Source of the DNA: Acidobacteriota bacterium
GTDB taxonomy: Bacteria; Actinomycetota; Acidimicrobiia; ATN3
DNA: 64,000 nucleotides
Assembly: GCA_003577105.1 (NCBI GenBank)
Contig: QEUQ01000011.1
Coordinates: 9,918 to 73,917, forward strand
Direction of reading: 5' to 3'
Shown here one piece after another: positions 34,343-42,612 of the stretch. Within the stretch, counting starts at the first letter, position 1. Each line of letters begins with the position of its first letter. Below the pieces are notes generated by a model. It worked only from the letters and a program-made list of their open reading frames with translations. It did no database searches and had not been told where the DNA came from. Position numbers and translations under genes: made by a program.

Positions 34343-36124
34343 CTAGTCAGTTGCGTCTGCATCGTGAGGTTTGCCGATCGCCGATCGCTGCTTTGCAATT
34401 TCCTTCCCCCAGTCCTTGGTCGGTATTTCGCGTTGTGCCAGTGCCCTTAGGGCAGCTCGCGGCCCTGCAAGAAACGGTGACTCCTCCCGAGCTGAAATCC
34501 CCTGCCCTGTTCTGCGTTGTCGAGCCCAGGTCAAGGTCAGCTTCTCTCTTGCCCTCGTCACGCCCACATAGAAGAGGCGCTGCTCTTCATCAATCTCAGC
34601 GCGCTTCTTTGAGTGATAAACAGGGATCAGCCCGTCTTCACATCCGGCGATGATTACGTTCCGGAACTCGAGTCCTTTCGAGGAGTGAAGTGTCAGTAGT
34701 GTGACGCTGTTGCCTGACCGAGCGGGTGTCTCGCGGCTCTGGCGTACGAATTCGGCAAATTCAGCGGCGTCTCCCATTGCTCCGGGCGCGATTGACTCGT
34801 ACTCCTCAGCCATCGCAAGAAGCACTTCAAGGTTTGCCTTCTCATCCTCGCCCTCGGCGATCTCTTCCGCGATTTCTGCGACGAGGCCCGACAGGGCTAT
34901 GCCGGGGGCTGCATCTGCTTCTTTCAGCCTCTGTAAGGCAGATGCGACTTCGGGCCGCTGCGTAAAGAGCCCGTCTCTCACCGTGAATGGGATTCCGTGA
35001 TCGTGCAAGGCCGCTTCGATCGGCGCAGACTGGGCCGCGATTCGATAGAGAACTGCCGATGAGCGCCAGCCGTGGCGGGATTCATACCCGTCTCGCAAGA
35101 GTCGGGCTATGCCGCGCGCCTCGGCTTCTTCGTCGGCGAAGTCCCTGATTTCGGGATGAGCCCCTTCCGGCAATGTTGGTCGCAGCTTGGCAGGTGCCTC
35201 GGCTGCGGGAATCGAATTCGCTATCTCGACAATCTCGGGCGTGGAGCGATAGTTGCCGGTGAGCCTGACAACGGCGACATCCTCCTGGCGCTCCGAGAGC
35301 CCGGTGAGGTAACCCGGGTCAGCGCCTGCAAAAGAAAAGATTGCCTGCGCAGGGTCTCCAACAACGAACAAATCTGATTCATCTGTCATTAGGGCCGAGA
35401 GCATCCTGTATTGGAGCGGGTTCACGTCCTGGAACTCATCGACATAGATGTGGCGGAAGAGGCTTTGCATCTCGGCCGAGAACCTCGGGTCCTGTTCGAG
35501 GTCCGATGTAACCCTGAGAAGGATGTCCTCGAAGTCGATGACTCCGCGCCGCTCCTTCTCGGCTTCGTACTTTTCGTAAATCGCTGAAATCGTGTGTTGT
35601 TCGATGGCGGTTGCTCGATCAGCTGCCGCCGTGAGGTAGCGGCTCGGCGGAATCATCCTGGCCTTGGCCCAGTCGATCTCACGGGAGACCTCTCTGACCA
35701 ATGCGGCGTCGGCTTGGTTGCCGGCAACTCGAGAAATGATCGAGGCCTTTGATCCAAGAATCTTTGGCGTCCGATGGCCGTGCCGGCGCTTGAGGGTCCG
35801 CAGAGCGACAGAGTGAAAGGTCCCGGCCGCCGGTCCGTCGACGCCGAGTGACCAGAGGCGCTCGCTCAGCTCGGATGCTGCTTTGCGGGTGAATGTCACC
35901 GCCAGAGTCTTCTCTGGCGCCGCTCCTCCCGAGGCAATCCGATATGCGATCCGACGGGTGAGTACGCGGGTCTTGCCAGATCCCGCTCCGGCCATCACCA
36001 CGACAATCCGAGATTTAGCTGTGACGGCCTCGTACTGTTCTTCGTCGAGTCCGGCGAGGAGCTCGTCGATGTCGTTCAGCTCTGGAACGCCGGACATATC
36101 GGCTTGAAATAGCACCAGTCGCAA
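34343..36124 (-). CDS. UvrD/Rep-family SF1 DNA helicase (short, about 590 aa)
   Basis: Motif I MAGAGSGKT, motif II YVDEFQDVNP, motif III VGDPAQAIFSFAGA, motif V TLHSSKGLEFRNVII, motif VI LFYVGVTRAREKL. Confidence 0.85.
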   Translation of the reverse strand: MRLVLFQADMSGVPELNDIDELLAGLDEEQYEAVTAKSRIVVVMAGAGSGKTRVLTRRIAYRIASGGAAPEKTLAVTFTRKAASELSERLWSLGVDGPAAGTFHSVALRTLKRRHGHRTPKILGSKASIISRVAGNQADAALVREVSREIDWAKARMIPPSRYLTAAADRATAIEQHTISAIYEKYEAEKERRGVIDFEDILLRVTSDLEQDPRFSAEMQSLFRHIYVDEFQDVNPLQYRMLSALMTDESDLFVVGDPAQAIFSFAGADPGYLTGLSERQEDVAVVRLTGNYRSTPEIVEIANSIPAAEAPAKLRPTLPEGAHPEIRDFADEEAEARGIARLLRDGYESRHGWRSSAVLYRIAAQSAPIEAALHDHGIPFTVRDGLFTQRPEVASALQRLKEADAAPGIALSGLVAEIAEEIAEGEDEKANLEVLLAMAEEYESIAPGAMGDAAEFAEFVRQSRETPARSGNSVTLLTLHSSKGLEFRNVIIAGCEDGLIPVYHSKKRAEIDEEQRLFYVGVTRAREKLTLTWARQRRTGQGISAREESPFLAGPRAALRALAQREIPTKDWGKEIAKQRSAIGKPHDADATD

Positions 36125-36861
36125 AGTTTGCCGGGGCTCGGTGGCCAGTTGTCGAGCTCGATCGCAGTCTCGATAGCCTTGGAGATCGCGGCCATTTGAG
36201 ACTTTGTTCCTCTCAGATGGCCCTGATCAATATCCATTTCGAGGATCTCTCGTGACTTCAAATAAATCAGGCGAAGCCTCTTGGGCGCGGCACCGAAGTC
36301 ATCACTTGCCTCCAACAGTGCCGCATATACCCTCAATCCGAAGAAGGCCTTCTCCTGGTAGTTCGCGGGCGGCGCCTTGCCCGTCTTGTAGTCAGAGACC
36401 ACATATGCGCCCTCAAAATCCTGCTCCAGACGGTCGATGACCCCGACCACAGATGCGCCGTTGAGGTCACCATGAAGCCTGAGCTCGCGCGCCACCGGCT
36501 CGATCAAGGAGGGATCCTCCAAGACGAAGTAGGCCTCGAGCATTTCTCTGACGAAGTCCGCGACTTGAGATCGAACCAAGTCGGCGTCACTCTCAGATTC
36601 TGAGTCCGCAACTTCAGGCAGTGAGCGCAGCTCCTCCTCGTGGGCCGCGATCGCGTCTTCGATGCGACTGATTGCTGTCTCGAGGGTGCGTTGGTCTGGA
36701 GCCAGTTCAAAAAGCTTCTCAAGGATGTGATGAACGATCGTTCCTTGGAGCATTGCGCGGCTGGGCGGCTCGGGGAGCTTGTCGACAACGCGGAACTTGT
36801 ACAGCTGCGGGCACTGCTTGAAGTCCGATGCTCGAGACGGTGAGAGGCGAGTGGCCAACAT
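36076..36861 (-). CDS. RecB-family PD-(D/E)XK exonuclease with Cas4/AddB-like 4-Cys cluster
   Basis: LSPSRASDFKQCPQLYKFR N-terminus, GVIDRLE...YVVSDYKTGK nuclease core, and C-terminal CDWCYFKPICP. ATG36861 was chosen over the longer track ORF. It overlaps the helicase start. Confidence 0.75.
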   Translation of the reverse strand: MLATRLSPSRASDFKQCPQLYKFRVVDKLPEPPSRAMLQGTIVHHILEKLFELAPDQRTLETAISRIEDAIAAHEEELRSLPEVADSESESDADLVRSQVADFVREMLEAYFVLEDPSLIEPVARELRLHGDLNGASVVGVIDRLEQDFEGAYVVSDYKTGKAPPANYQEKAFFGLRVYAALLEASDDFGAAPKRLRLIYLKSREILEMDIDQGHLRGTKSQMAAISKAIETAIELDNWPPSPGKLCDWCYFKPICPAFQS

Positions 36862-37065
36862 GGCTCCCCTGGATCGAACCGGGATGGGCGCGGAAAAGCC
36901 CCGAGTAGGCTTCGATCCGAGGATCTCCACGCTTCTCGGGGCTTCCCATGCGAACCCCCAAACCAACCAGTTACCCGGTCGGCCTGGCAACTTCGCCCGA
37001 AGGCTAGGCTGCTACAGGGCCCGCGCACTGCGTTTGGCGAGTTGCCCCGCTTCCCGCAGACCGCA

Positions 37066-37119
37066 GAATCCGGTTGCCCGGCTTCTGCGATATCGCTCGA
37101 ATCCGGTTGCCCGGCTTCT
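37066..37119. repeat. Direct 21-bp repeat, two copies with a 33-bp period, in a long intergenic region
   Basis: GAATCCGGTTGCCCGGCTTCT occurs at 37066-37086 and 37099-37119. Confidence 0.85.
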
Positions 37120-37513
37120 TGCGAAGCACACCGGCTCGCTTTGGCTGTTGCCAACCTCAGCTCGCCTGCGGCAAGTCGCAAGATAGGTCAACTTCGGAAG
37201 TCCGTCAAGCGACTTTTCTAAAGTGCTGGTTGGGCTTGCTTGGCGTCAGCCAGGGTGCGTTTACCCCTGATCCAAGCGGAGACTTACAAACAGGATCTTC
37301 ACAGGACAGACGGGCATCTGTGCAAAAAACTGCGCAATTCAGGCGGGAAAATCGTCGATTTGTTCAAGAGCCGCTTGACTCGAGCCGAAATTGGTGAAAA
37401 TATTTTTTCTCCGGCGCGGCGCCTTCTCTACCGCCGTACCCGGAACGGAGCGCTTACAACCTGTTGGGGCAGAATTTCTTGTTTCGGCGCGTCCGTATTC
37501 TTCGAGGTGTTCA

Positions 37514-38752
37514 ATGCCGCTCGCCGGTCTGAGGCGAATTGACTTACCAGCCCGCGCCGCCTGGGCACCGCGCTACTGCGGTCAGCGCCATCACTATGAG
37601 ACTTGGGATCTTGCAGTTAGTCTCGCCGAAGGTAACCTGTGGCTCTCGCACAACGTCGTCTCTGATTCCAGAGGTAGGGCGCTCTCTAGCGTCAGCGCTA
37701 TCTGGCAAGGCGCGTCCGTGTCGGGCCCCGTTGTGCTGAGAACCTCCGGTGCCGATCCTCACCTGGGTCTTGCCCCTGCCTATGACGCGGGTTTTGACTC
37801 TGCGGGGCAGAGAGAGATCTTCTCCGTCAATTCATCTCGCAATCCTGTTGCCGGCAGACCTGGCCTCGGCGAGCTTGGCGCGCGCTTGGCCCCGCATATT
37901 GGTGAAGCGCTTTTCGGTGAGACCTTCGCGGCCGGTGCCGTTACTTCGAGAACCGAGAGGATTGAGTGGGACCTGAAGTGGGACCTCGCTCATGAAGCCG
38001 AAGTTCTTGTACCGGCCGGCGTCGGACCTATGGGGCAGGTCGCATATCAGGTAGCTGGGCGTAGTCCGTCACCGCAGATCACGGGAGTGTTTGCGGTCAA
38101 TGGCAACAAGTTCAGTATTGATGGCTCACCGGGTGAAGTCACCCACGCGTGGGGGAGTCAGGTTCCGAAGATGTATGCAACTGCCGTCTGCGGGAGCTGG
38201 AACTCCAATGACCTAGCCAGCGACCTGATCGGCGGCGGCCAACCGAGCCACGCGGCCAGCCCGAGCCACGCGGCCAGCCCGAGCCACGCGGCCAGCCCGA
38301 GCCACGCGACTGACACTAGCCACACCGGTCAGATCACCCTTGGCCTGCTCTGGGTCAAAGGCGGTGCGTGGGGTCGACTTGGCCCACCCGCCCCAAAGAC
38401 ATTTGGCTGGATCCGTGTTGGCGGGGAACTCTTGACATTCAATGCCTTGCCCGATTCGCTTGCTGCGAGCAGCCATGTCGCGTGGCCGCGTTGGGAATCA
38501 AGACTTGTCGGGCGCGATGTGAAGGCGGACATCCGAATCGAGGCTGACTTCGAATTGCTCACACAACTAGAGGGGCGGGATCCAGAATGCAGGCGTGTCT
38601 GGAGGGCTTTCACATCCGCCGCCGAGCTGGAGGTGGCGTTTGAACAGCGAGCCGGGCGAGCATGGATACCCGCAGGCTCCGTTCGTTCTCGATCCTGCAG
38701 ACTGGATTTTGGAGGGCGATCACCGGAGCAGCGAGTTGCGGTGATCGACTAG
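37514..38752 (+). CDS. Hypothetical protein with internal SHAASP tandem repeat
   Basis: Long GC3-rich ORF. ATG37514 was chosen (the track ORF begins at 37391). No motif I can name. Confidence 0.5.
   Translation: MPLAGLRRIDLPARAAWAPRYCGQRHHYETWDLAVSLAEGNLWLSHNVVSDSRGRALSSVSAIWQGASVSGPVVLRTSGADPHLGLAPAYDAGFDSAGQREIFSVNSSRNPVAGRPGLGELGARLAPHIGEALFGETFAAGAVTSRTERIEWDLKWDLAHEAEVLVPAGVGPMGQVAYQVAGRSPSPQITGVFAVNGNKFSIDGSPGEVTHAWGSQVPKMYATAVCGSWNSNDLASDLIGGGQPSHAASPSHAASPSHAASPSHATDTSHTGQITLGLLWVKGGAWGRLGPPAPKTFGWIRVGGELLTFNALPDSLAASSHVAWPRWESRLVGRDVKADIRIEADFELLTQLEGRDPECRRVWRAFTSAAELEVAFEQRAGRAWIPAGSVRSRSCRLDFGGRSPEQRVAVID
38243..38314. repeat. In-frame 18-bp tandem repeat, four units (the last diverged)
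   Basis: CCGAGCCACGCGGCCAGC occurs three times, followed by CCGAGCCACGCGACTGAC. It encodes (P)SHAAS repeats. Confidence 0.9.
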
Positions 38753-38768
38753 GTGATAGGCAGCGGTC

Positions 38769-39257
38769 ATGGGTTTCGCAGATGAGCACCTGAATCCCGG
38801 TGAGGAGCTGATCCTCAATTTCAAGCCGCACTGGAAGGCTCTTGTGCCAGCGGCGCTCTGGACCGTCTTGATCAGCATCTGCTTGGGCGTCGCACTTTGG
38901 ATTCTCCCCGATAGCTGGAGGGGTACCTTGCGCTCGCTCCTTCTCGCGGTAGCGGCGATTGCTTGGCTGATTCTTGCGCTGCCGCCGGTAGTCCGCTGGC
39001 TCTCGACCGAGATCATCTTGACCGATGAGCGACTGGTCACCCGTCGGGGTGTGATTCGCAGAATTACCTACGACATCCCGGTAGATCAGATCAACTCTGT
39101 GACGATTCACCAGGGCCTATTCGATCGCATTCTGCGAGCGGGAAATCTGGTAGTGGAGTCCGCATCTGATACCGGAGACCAGGTGATTGAGGCCGTGCCT
39201 CGCCCCACAGACGTGCAAAACACGATTTCCCGGGCAAAGTCGCTGCGCGGCCGCTAG
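38769..39257 (+). CDS. Membrane-anchored bacterial PH-domain (bPH_2/YdbT-like) protein
   Basis: A two-TM hairpin followed by ILTDERLVTRRGVIRRITYDIPVDQINSVTIHQGLFDRILRAGNLVVES. Confidence 0.7.
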   Translation: MGFADEHLNPGEELILNFKPHWKALVPAALWTVLISICLGVALWILPDSWRGTLRSLLLAVAAIAWLILALPPVVRWLSTEIILTDERLVTRRGVIRRITYDIPVDQINSVTIHQGLFDRILRAGNLVVESASDTGDQVIEAVPRPTDVQNTISRAKSLRGR

Positions 39258-39271
39258 ATGCCGCCAAGCAA

Positions 39272-40534
39272 ATGCCAGTAGCGGTCGGGGCGCTCGCCAA
39301 GCGCTTCGGAAGCGGACTCACTGTGCTTCACGACGACTGGGGAGGCGGCTGGTCTATCGGCACCGTGATCTGCGCGCATCCCGTAGAGGTCGTTGAGGCA
39401 TTTCATGAGCCGATCGAAGCCCTTGAGGAGGCAGTAGCTGCCCGCCCCGACTGCCTTTGGGCCGGCTACATCTCATATGACGCGGGGCGCAGCATCGAGG
39501 CGATTCCGCAGCTTGCGGTTGACGACGTTGCGGTGCCGCTCTTGCGCTTTTGCGCGTATCCCGCCTGGGTGACTCTCGAAGGCAGTCAATTGAAGGCCCA
39601 CGGCGAGCAGGGGCCGGCCGGAGAACTGGCCGCGGAGGTCGGAACGGCGCTGAAAGCCGGCGCCGAAGCCGCGCCGCCAGATGGGACCGCAGCTCGCTTC
39701 GTGGAGCGCTCCTTCACCAGAGACAAGTATGAGACCGCAGTTCGAGATGCTCTCGAGCACATAAGGGCAGGTGACTTCTACCAAGTCAATCTTTCTCAGC
39801 GCTTTTCGGCGAGACTTCCAGACCCGGGAGCGCTCGCCGATGCCATGACCGTCGCATGCCCGTCGCCCTACGGCGCCTACATCGATGCGGGAGAATTCCA
39901 GGTGATCTCGGCCTCTCCCGAGCTGTTTCTGTCCGTTGATGAAGGCATTGTCACGTCAAGCCCCATAAAGGGCACGAGGCCGAGGTCGCGCATCCCTGAG
40001 GAAGATGCTCACCTTGCCGAGGAGTTGTCACTGAGCGAAAAGGACCGAGCCGAGAATCTGATGATCGTTGACTTGATCCGAAATGACCTTGGCAAGGTTT
40101 GCGAGCCGGGTAGCGTCGAAGTCGATTCACTCTGGGGGGTCGAGAGCTTTGCGACAGTTCACCACTTGGTTTCCACGATCACGGGCCGGCTTGTGCCCGG
40201 TGCGGGCCTAAAGCGCCTGCTCGAGGCTGCCTTTCCCGGGGGATCGATCACGGGAGCTCCGAAGGTGGCGGCCATGAAGTTCATCGAGGAAACCGAGCCT
40301 TTCAGAAGGGGCATTTATACGGGCTCGATCGGGTGGATTGGTCCAGCTTCAAAGGGCATGCGTCTGGAATTGAACATTGCCATTCGGACGGTGACTTATC
40401 AGTCGGGATGCGCGCACCTGCATGTCGGTGGTGGGATCGTTGCCGATTCCGTACCGGCCTTCGAATACAAGGAGACCTTGGACAAGGCGGCCGGAATTGC
40501 CGAGGCCATGGGCCTTGACCCGAATTCCCTCTGA
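39272..40534 (+). CDS. pabB: Aminodeoxychorismate / anthranilate synthase component I family (chorismate-binding)
   Basis: C-terminal chorismate-binding motifs SPELFL, ENLMIVDLIRND, FPGGSITGAPK and RGIYTGSIGW. Confidence 0.75.
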   Translation: MPVAVGALAKRFGSGLTVLHDDWGGGWSIGTVICAHPVEVVEAFHEPIEALEEAVAARPDCLWAGYISYDAGRSIEAIPQLAVDDVAVPLLRFCAYPAWVTLEGSQLKAHGEQGPAGELAAEVGTALKAGAEAAPPDGTAARFVERSFTRDKYETAVRDALEHIRAGDFYQVNLSQRFSARLPDPGALADAMTVACPSPYGAYIDAGEFQVISASPELFLSVDEGIVTSSPIKGTRPRSRIPEEDAHLAEELSLSEKDRAENLMIVDLIRNDLGKVCEPGSVEVDSLWGVESFATVHHLVSTITGRLVPGAGLKRLLEAAFPGGSITGAPKVAAMKFIEETEPFRRGIYTGSIGWIGPASKGMRLELNIAIRTVTYQSGCAHLHVGGGIVADSVPAFEYKETLDKAAGIAEAMGLDPNSL

Positions 40535-40840
40535 TCAGCCGAAGCCCAAAGCCTCAGCCGCCTCTGGCTCCATCAGGTCTGGTGTCCACGGTGGATCCCA
40601 GACGATCTCGACGCGGACTTGCTTGTCGGGGCCAACTGCTTCAGCGACCGCCGCTCGGGCATCTTCGGGAATTGTTTCTGCCACCGGGCACCCCGGAGTA
40701 GTGAGCGTTATCTCGAGTACGACCTCGTCGCCCTCGTCGCGTACCGCATAGACGAGTCCGAGGGCGACGATATCGATTGCGAGTTCCGGGTCATAGACGT
40801 TGCGCAGTGCATCCCACGCTCTTGATTCAACTTGATTCAT
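40535..40840 (-). CDS. DUF59/SufT-like Fe-S assembly protein
   Basis: 101 aa. ALRNVYDPELAIDIVALGLVY...TLTTPGCP is the MIP18/DUF59 signature. Confidence 0.8.
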   Translation of the reverse strand: MNQVESRAWDALRNVYDPELAIDIVALGLVYAVRDEGDEVVLEITLTTPGCPVAETIPEDARAAVAEAVGPDKQVRVEIVWDPPWTPDLMEPEAAEALGFG

Positions 40841-42116
40841 CTGACTTCACCTCCGCGTCGCGGATACTGCGAACTACTACTCTGGGCCAGAGCGCCAAGT
40901 TCGATGTCGTCAGCACTCCGCAGGCCGCGAGTAGCACACCGCCCGTTGCGATCAGCACTGGCATGCCTCCGAGAATTCCCACGATCAGGCTCACCCCCGC
41001 AGCTAGCGAGATCCCAAACGATGCGCGGGCCAGCGCGCTGCTGAAGAGGTCCCCAAAGAGAACCGGCTTTCCGTCGGGTTTCTTTGAGATTCCGCGCTTG
41101 CGCAAGGTCGTCCACGTTATGAACGGCACGATCTTGTGAGAGTGCCCTATGACGGCGAGTGCTACCCACATTGCGGCTGCTGCGACAGACGTCGAGGCAA
41201 CGCGGATTCGCCACGCGATACCCATCTCGCCAAGCTCTGCCACGAGTCCGGCTGTAGCAGCGAGCACCATGAAGGCCATTGACGAGATGACAAAGGCGTG
41301 CAACAACTCGAGCTTGCGCTTCCTGTGCTGGACCCATCCGACAAAAGATCCGACATGAAATGCCAGACCGCCCAGCGTGACAGCTCCCCCTAATAACCCG
41401 AGCCACCGGATCGCGAAGAGAAGTCCGAGAGCCAGCAGCAGCACCCCAGCCGGCACGATTCTCACGGCAAGACGGCCGACGCCGCGCTTTTCCTTGTGTG
41501 ACAGCAAGAACATCGGCCACAGCTTTTCGGCAACGGCAACGTAGGAGAGGCCGATCCAGCCGAGCAGGCCCAGACTCGCATGCGCAAGCACCCTGTGAGG
41601 CAAGAGCCCGAACCATCCATGGTGCAGATCGATCGCGTAGACGATGCCAAACGAGACGGTTACAACTAGGTAGGCAACGGCGGATCGAAGACCGGTGACC
41701 GAATCGGACTCGGAGGCCTTGAGAAGCGGGCCGGAGAAATTCCAGGCAGAAAGGCACGCTGCAACAACGACGATGGCGCCACCGAGCACGATCATGGGCG
41801 TGATGTTTGGCATGAGCCCGGCAGGCAGCAGCCAGACCCCAGCTATCCACATGACCAGGGTGACACGCGCCACCCGCACAGAGCGAAGTTCGCTTGCCGT
41901 TATTACGGGCACGAACTGGTGCAAAGCGCCGACGACTGCCGTCGAGAGGAAGGCCAGCATTCCAAAGTGGACGGCCCCGACGACGGGCAAGGCGGTCGGG
42001 CCCGAGACGATTCTCTTGGCGACAGCCGCAGTTGCCACCCCAAAGGCAATCAGCCCGAAGCCTGCCATGAGAAGAAATGCGAGAGGGATCGAGGCAGGCG
42101 GGACTGTTGCTGTCAT
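40827..42116 (-). CDS. Polytopic membrane protein with conserved His motifs (function unknown)
   Basis: About 12 predicted TM segments. Motifs GALHQFVPVI and GHSHKIVPFITW. Start set at ATG42116 to avoid an 86-nt overlap with the upstream gene (the track ORF extends to 42257). Confidence 0.55.
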   Translation of the reverse strand: MTATVPPASIPLAFLLMAGFGLIAFGVATAAVAKRIVSGPTALPVVGAVHFGMLAFLSTAVVGALHQFVPVITASELRSVRVARVTLVMWIAGVWLLPAGLMPNITPMIVLGGAIVVVAACLSAWNFSGPLLKASESDSVTGLRSAVAYLVVTVSFGIVYAIDLHHGWFGLLPHRVLAHASLGLLGWIGLSYVAVAEKLWPMFLLSHKEKRGVGRLAVRIVPAGVLLLALGLLFAIRWLGLLGGAVTLGGLAFHVGSFVGWVQHRKRKLELLHAFVISSMAFMVLAATAGLVAELGEMGIAWRIRVASTSVAAAAMWVALAVIGHSHKIVPFITWTTLRKRGISKKPDGKPVLFGDLFSSALARASFGISLAAGVSLIVGILGGMPVLIATGGVLLAACGVLTTSNLALWPRVVVRSIRDAEVKSDESS

Positions 42117-42171
42117 GCCGCGATACGGCCCCGGACCTGATGCCGGACGTTCGGTAGCTGGCCCAGTCACC

Positions 42172-42612
42172 TCAATGCTGGGGCGTGAAGCTGACGCGCC
42201 AATCGCCATCGCCGATCTCAGAGGCTTCGTAATCGAACCCCTGAGAAGAGAGGACACCTTCTAAGGGCACGGGTTCAAATGGTGCGATCACCACAAAGAC
42301 CTGACCTGGGTCGAGGTTGTTGACCGCGGACATGATCAGGTCAAAGGGCTCTTCGCCCCTGGCGATCACCTCGCGCACGTCGAGAATTCGCGCAAGGCAG
42401 GTAATCTCTGCAGCCCAGACGTCGGGGCCATCTTCGGTATCTACCCATTCGAATTCGCCGGGTCGAGTCGCTTCGAGTTCGTATCTGAGAGGAGATGGCT
42501 TGTGGTCGTTGACTAGTCTGAGCACTTCACCGGGGTCGAGGGCATGAAGCGCTGCGTAAACGGCAGGGTGTCGCTCGGCGGGTGGCATGCTCCGCAGGTC
42601 GATTTCAGGCAT
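42172..42612 (-). CDS. DUF2249-like (tandem) domain protein
   Basis: PPAERHPAVYAALHALDPGEVLRLVNDHKPSPLRYEL resembles DUF2249. A second TusA/DUF2249-like half follows. Confidence 0.55.
   Translation of the reverse strand: MPEIDLRSMPPAERHPAVYAALHALDPGEVLRLVNDHKPSPLRYELEATRPGEFEWVDTEDGPDVWAAEITCLARILDVREVIARGEEPFDLIMSAVNNLDPGQVFVVIAPFEPVPLEGVLSSQGFDYEASEIGDGDWRVSFTPQH

Noticed and set aside
36504-37181. 225-aa minus-strand ORF and 135-aa plus-strand ORF spanning the nuclease gene 5' end and the intergenic region
   Set aside because: Low-complexity Ser/Arg/Pro-rich translations that overlap the better-supported RecB-family frame. No motifs.
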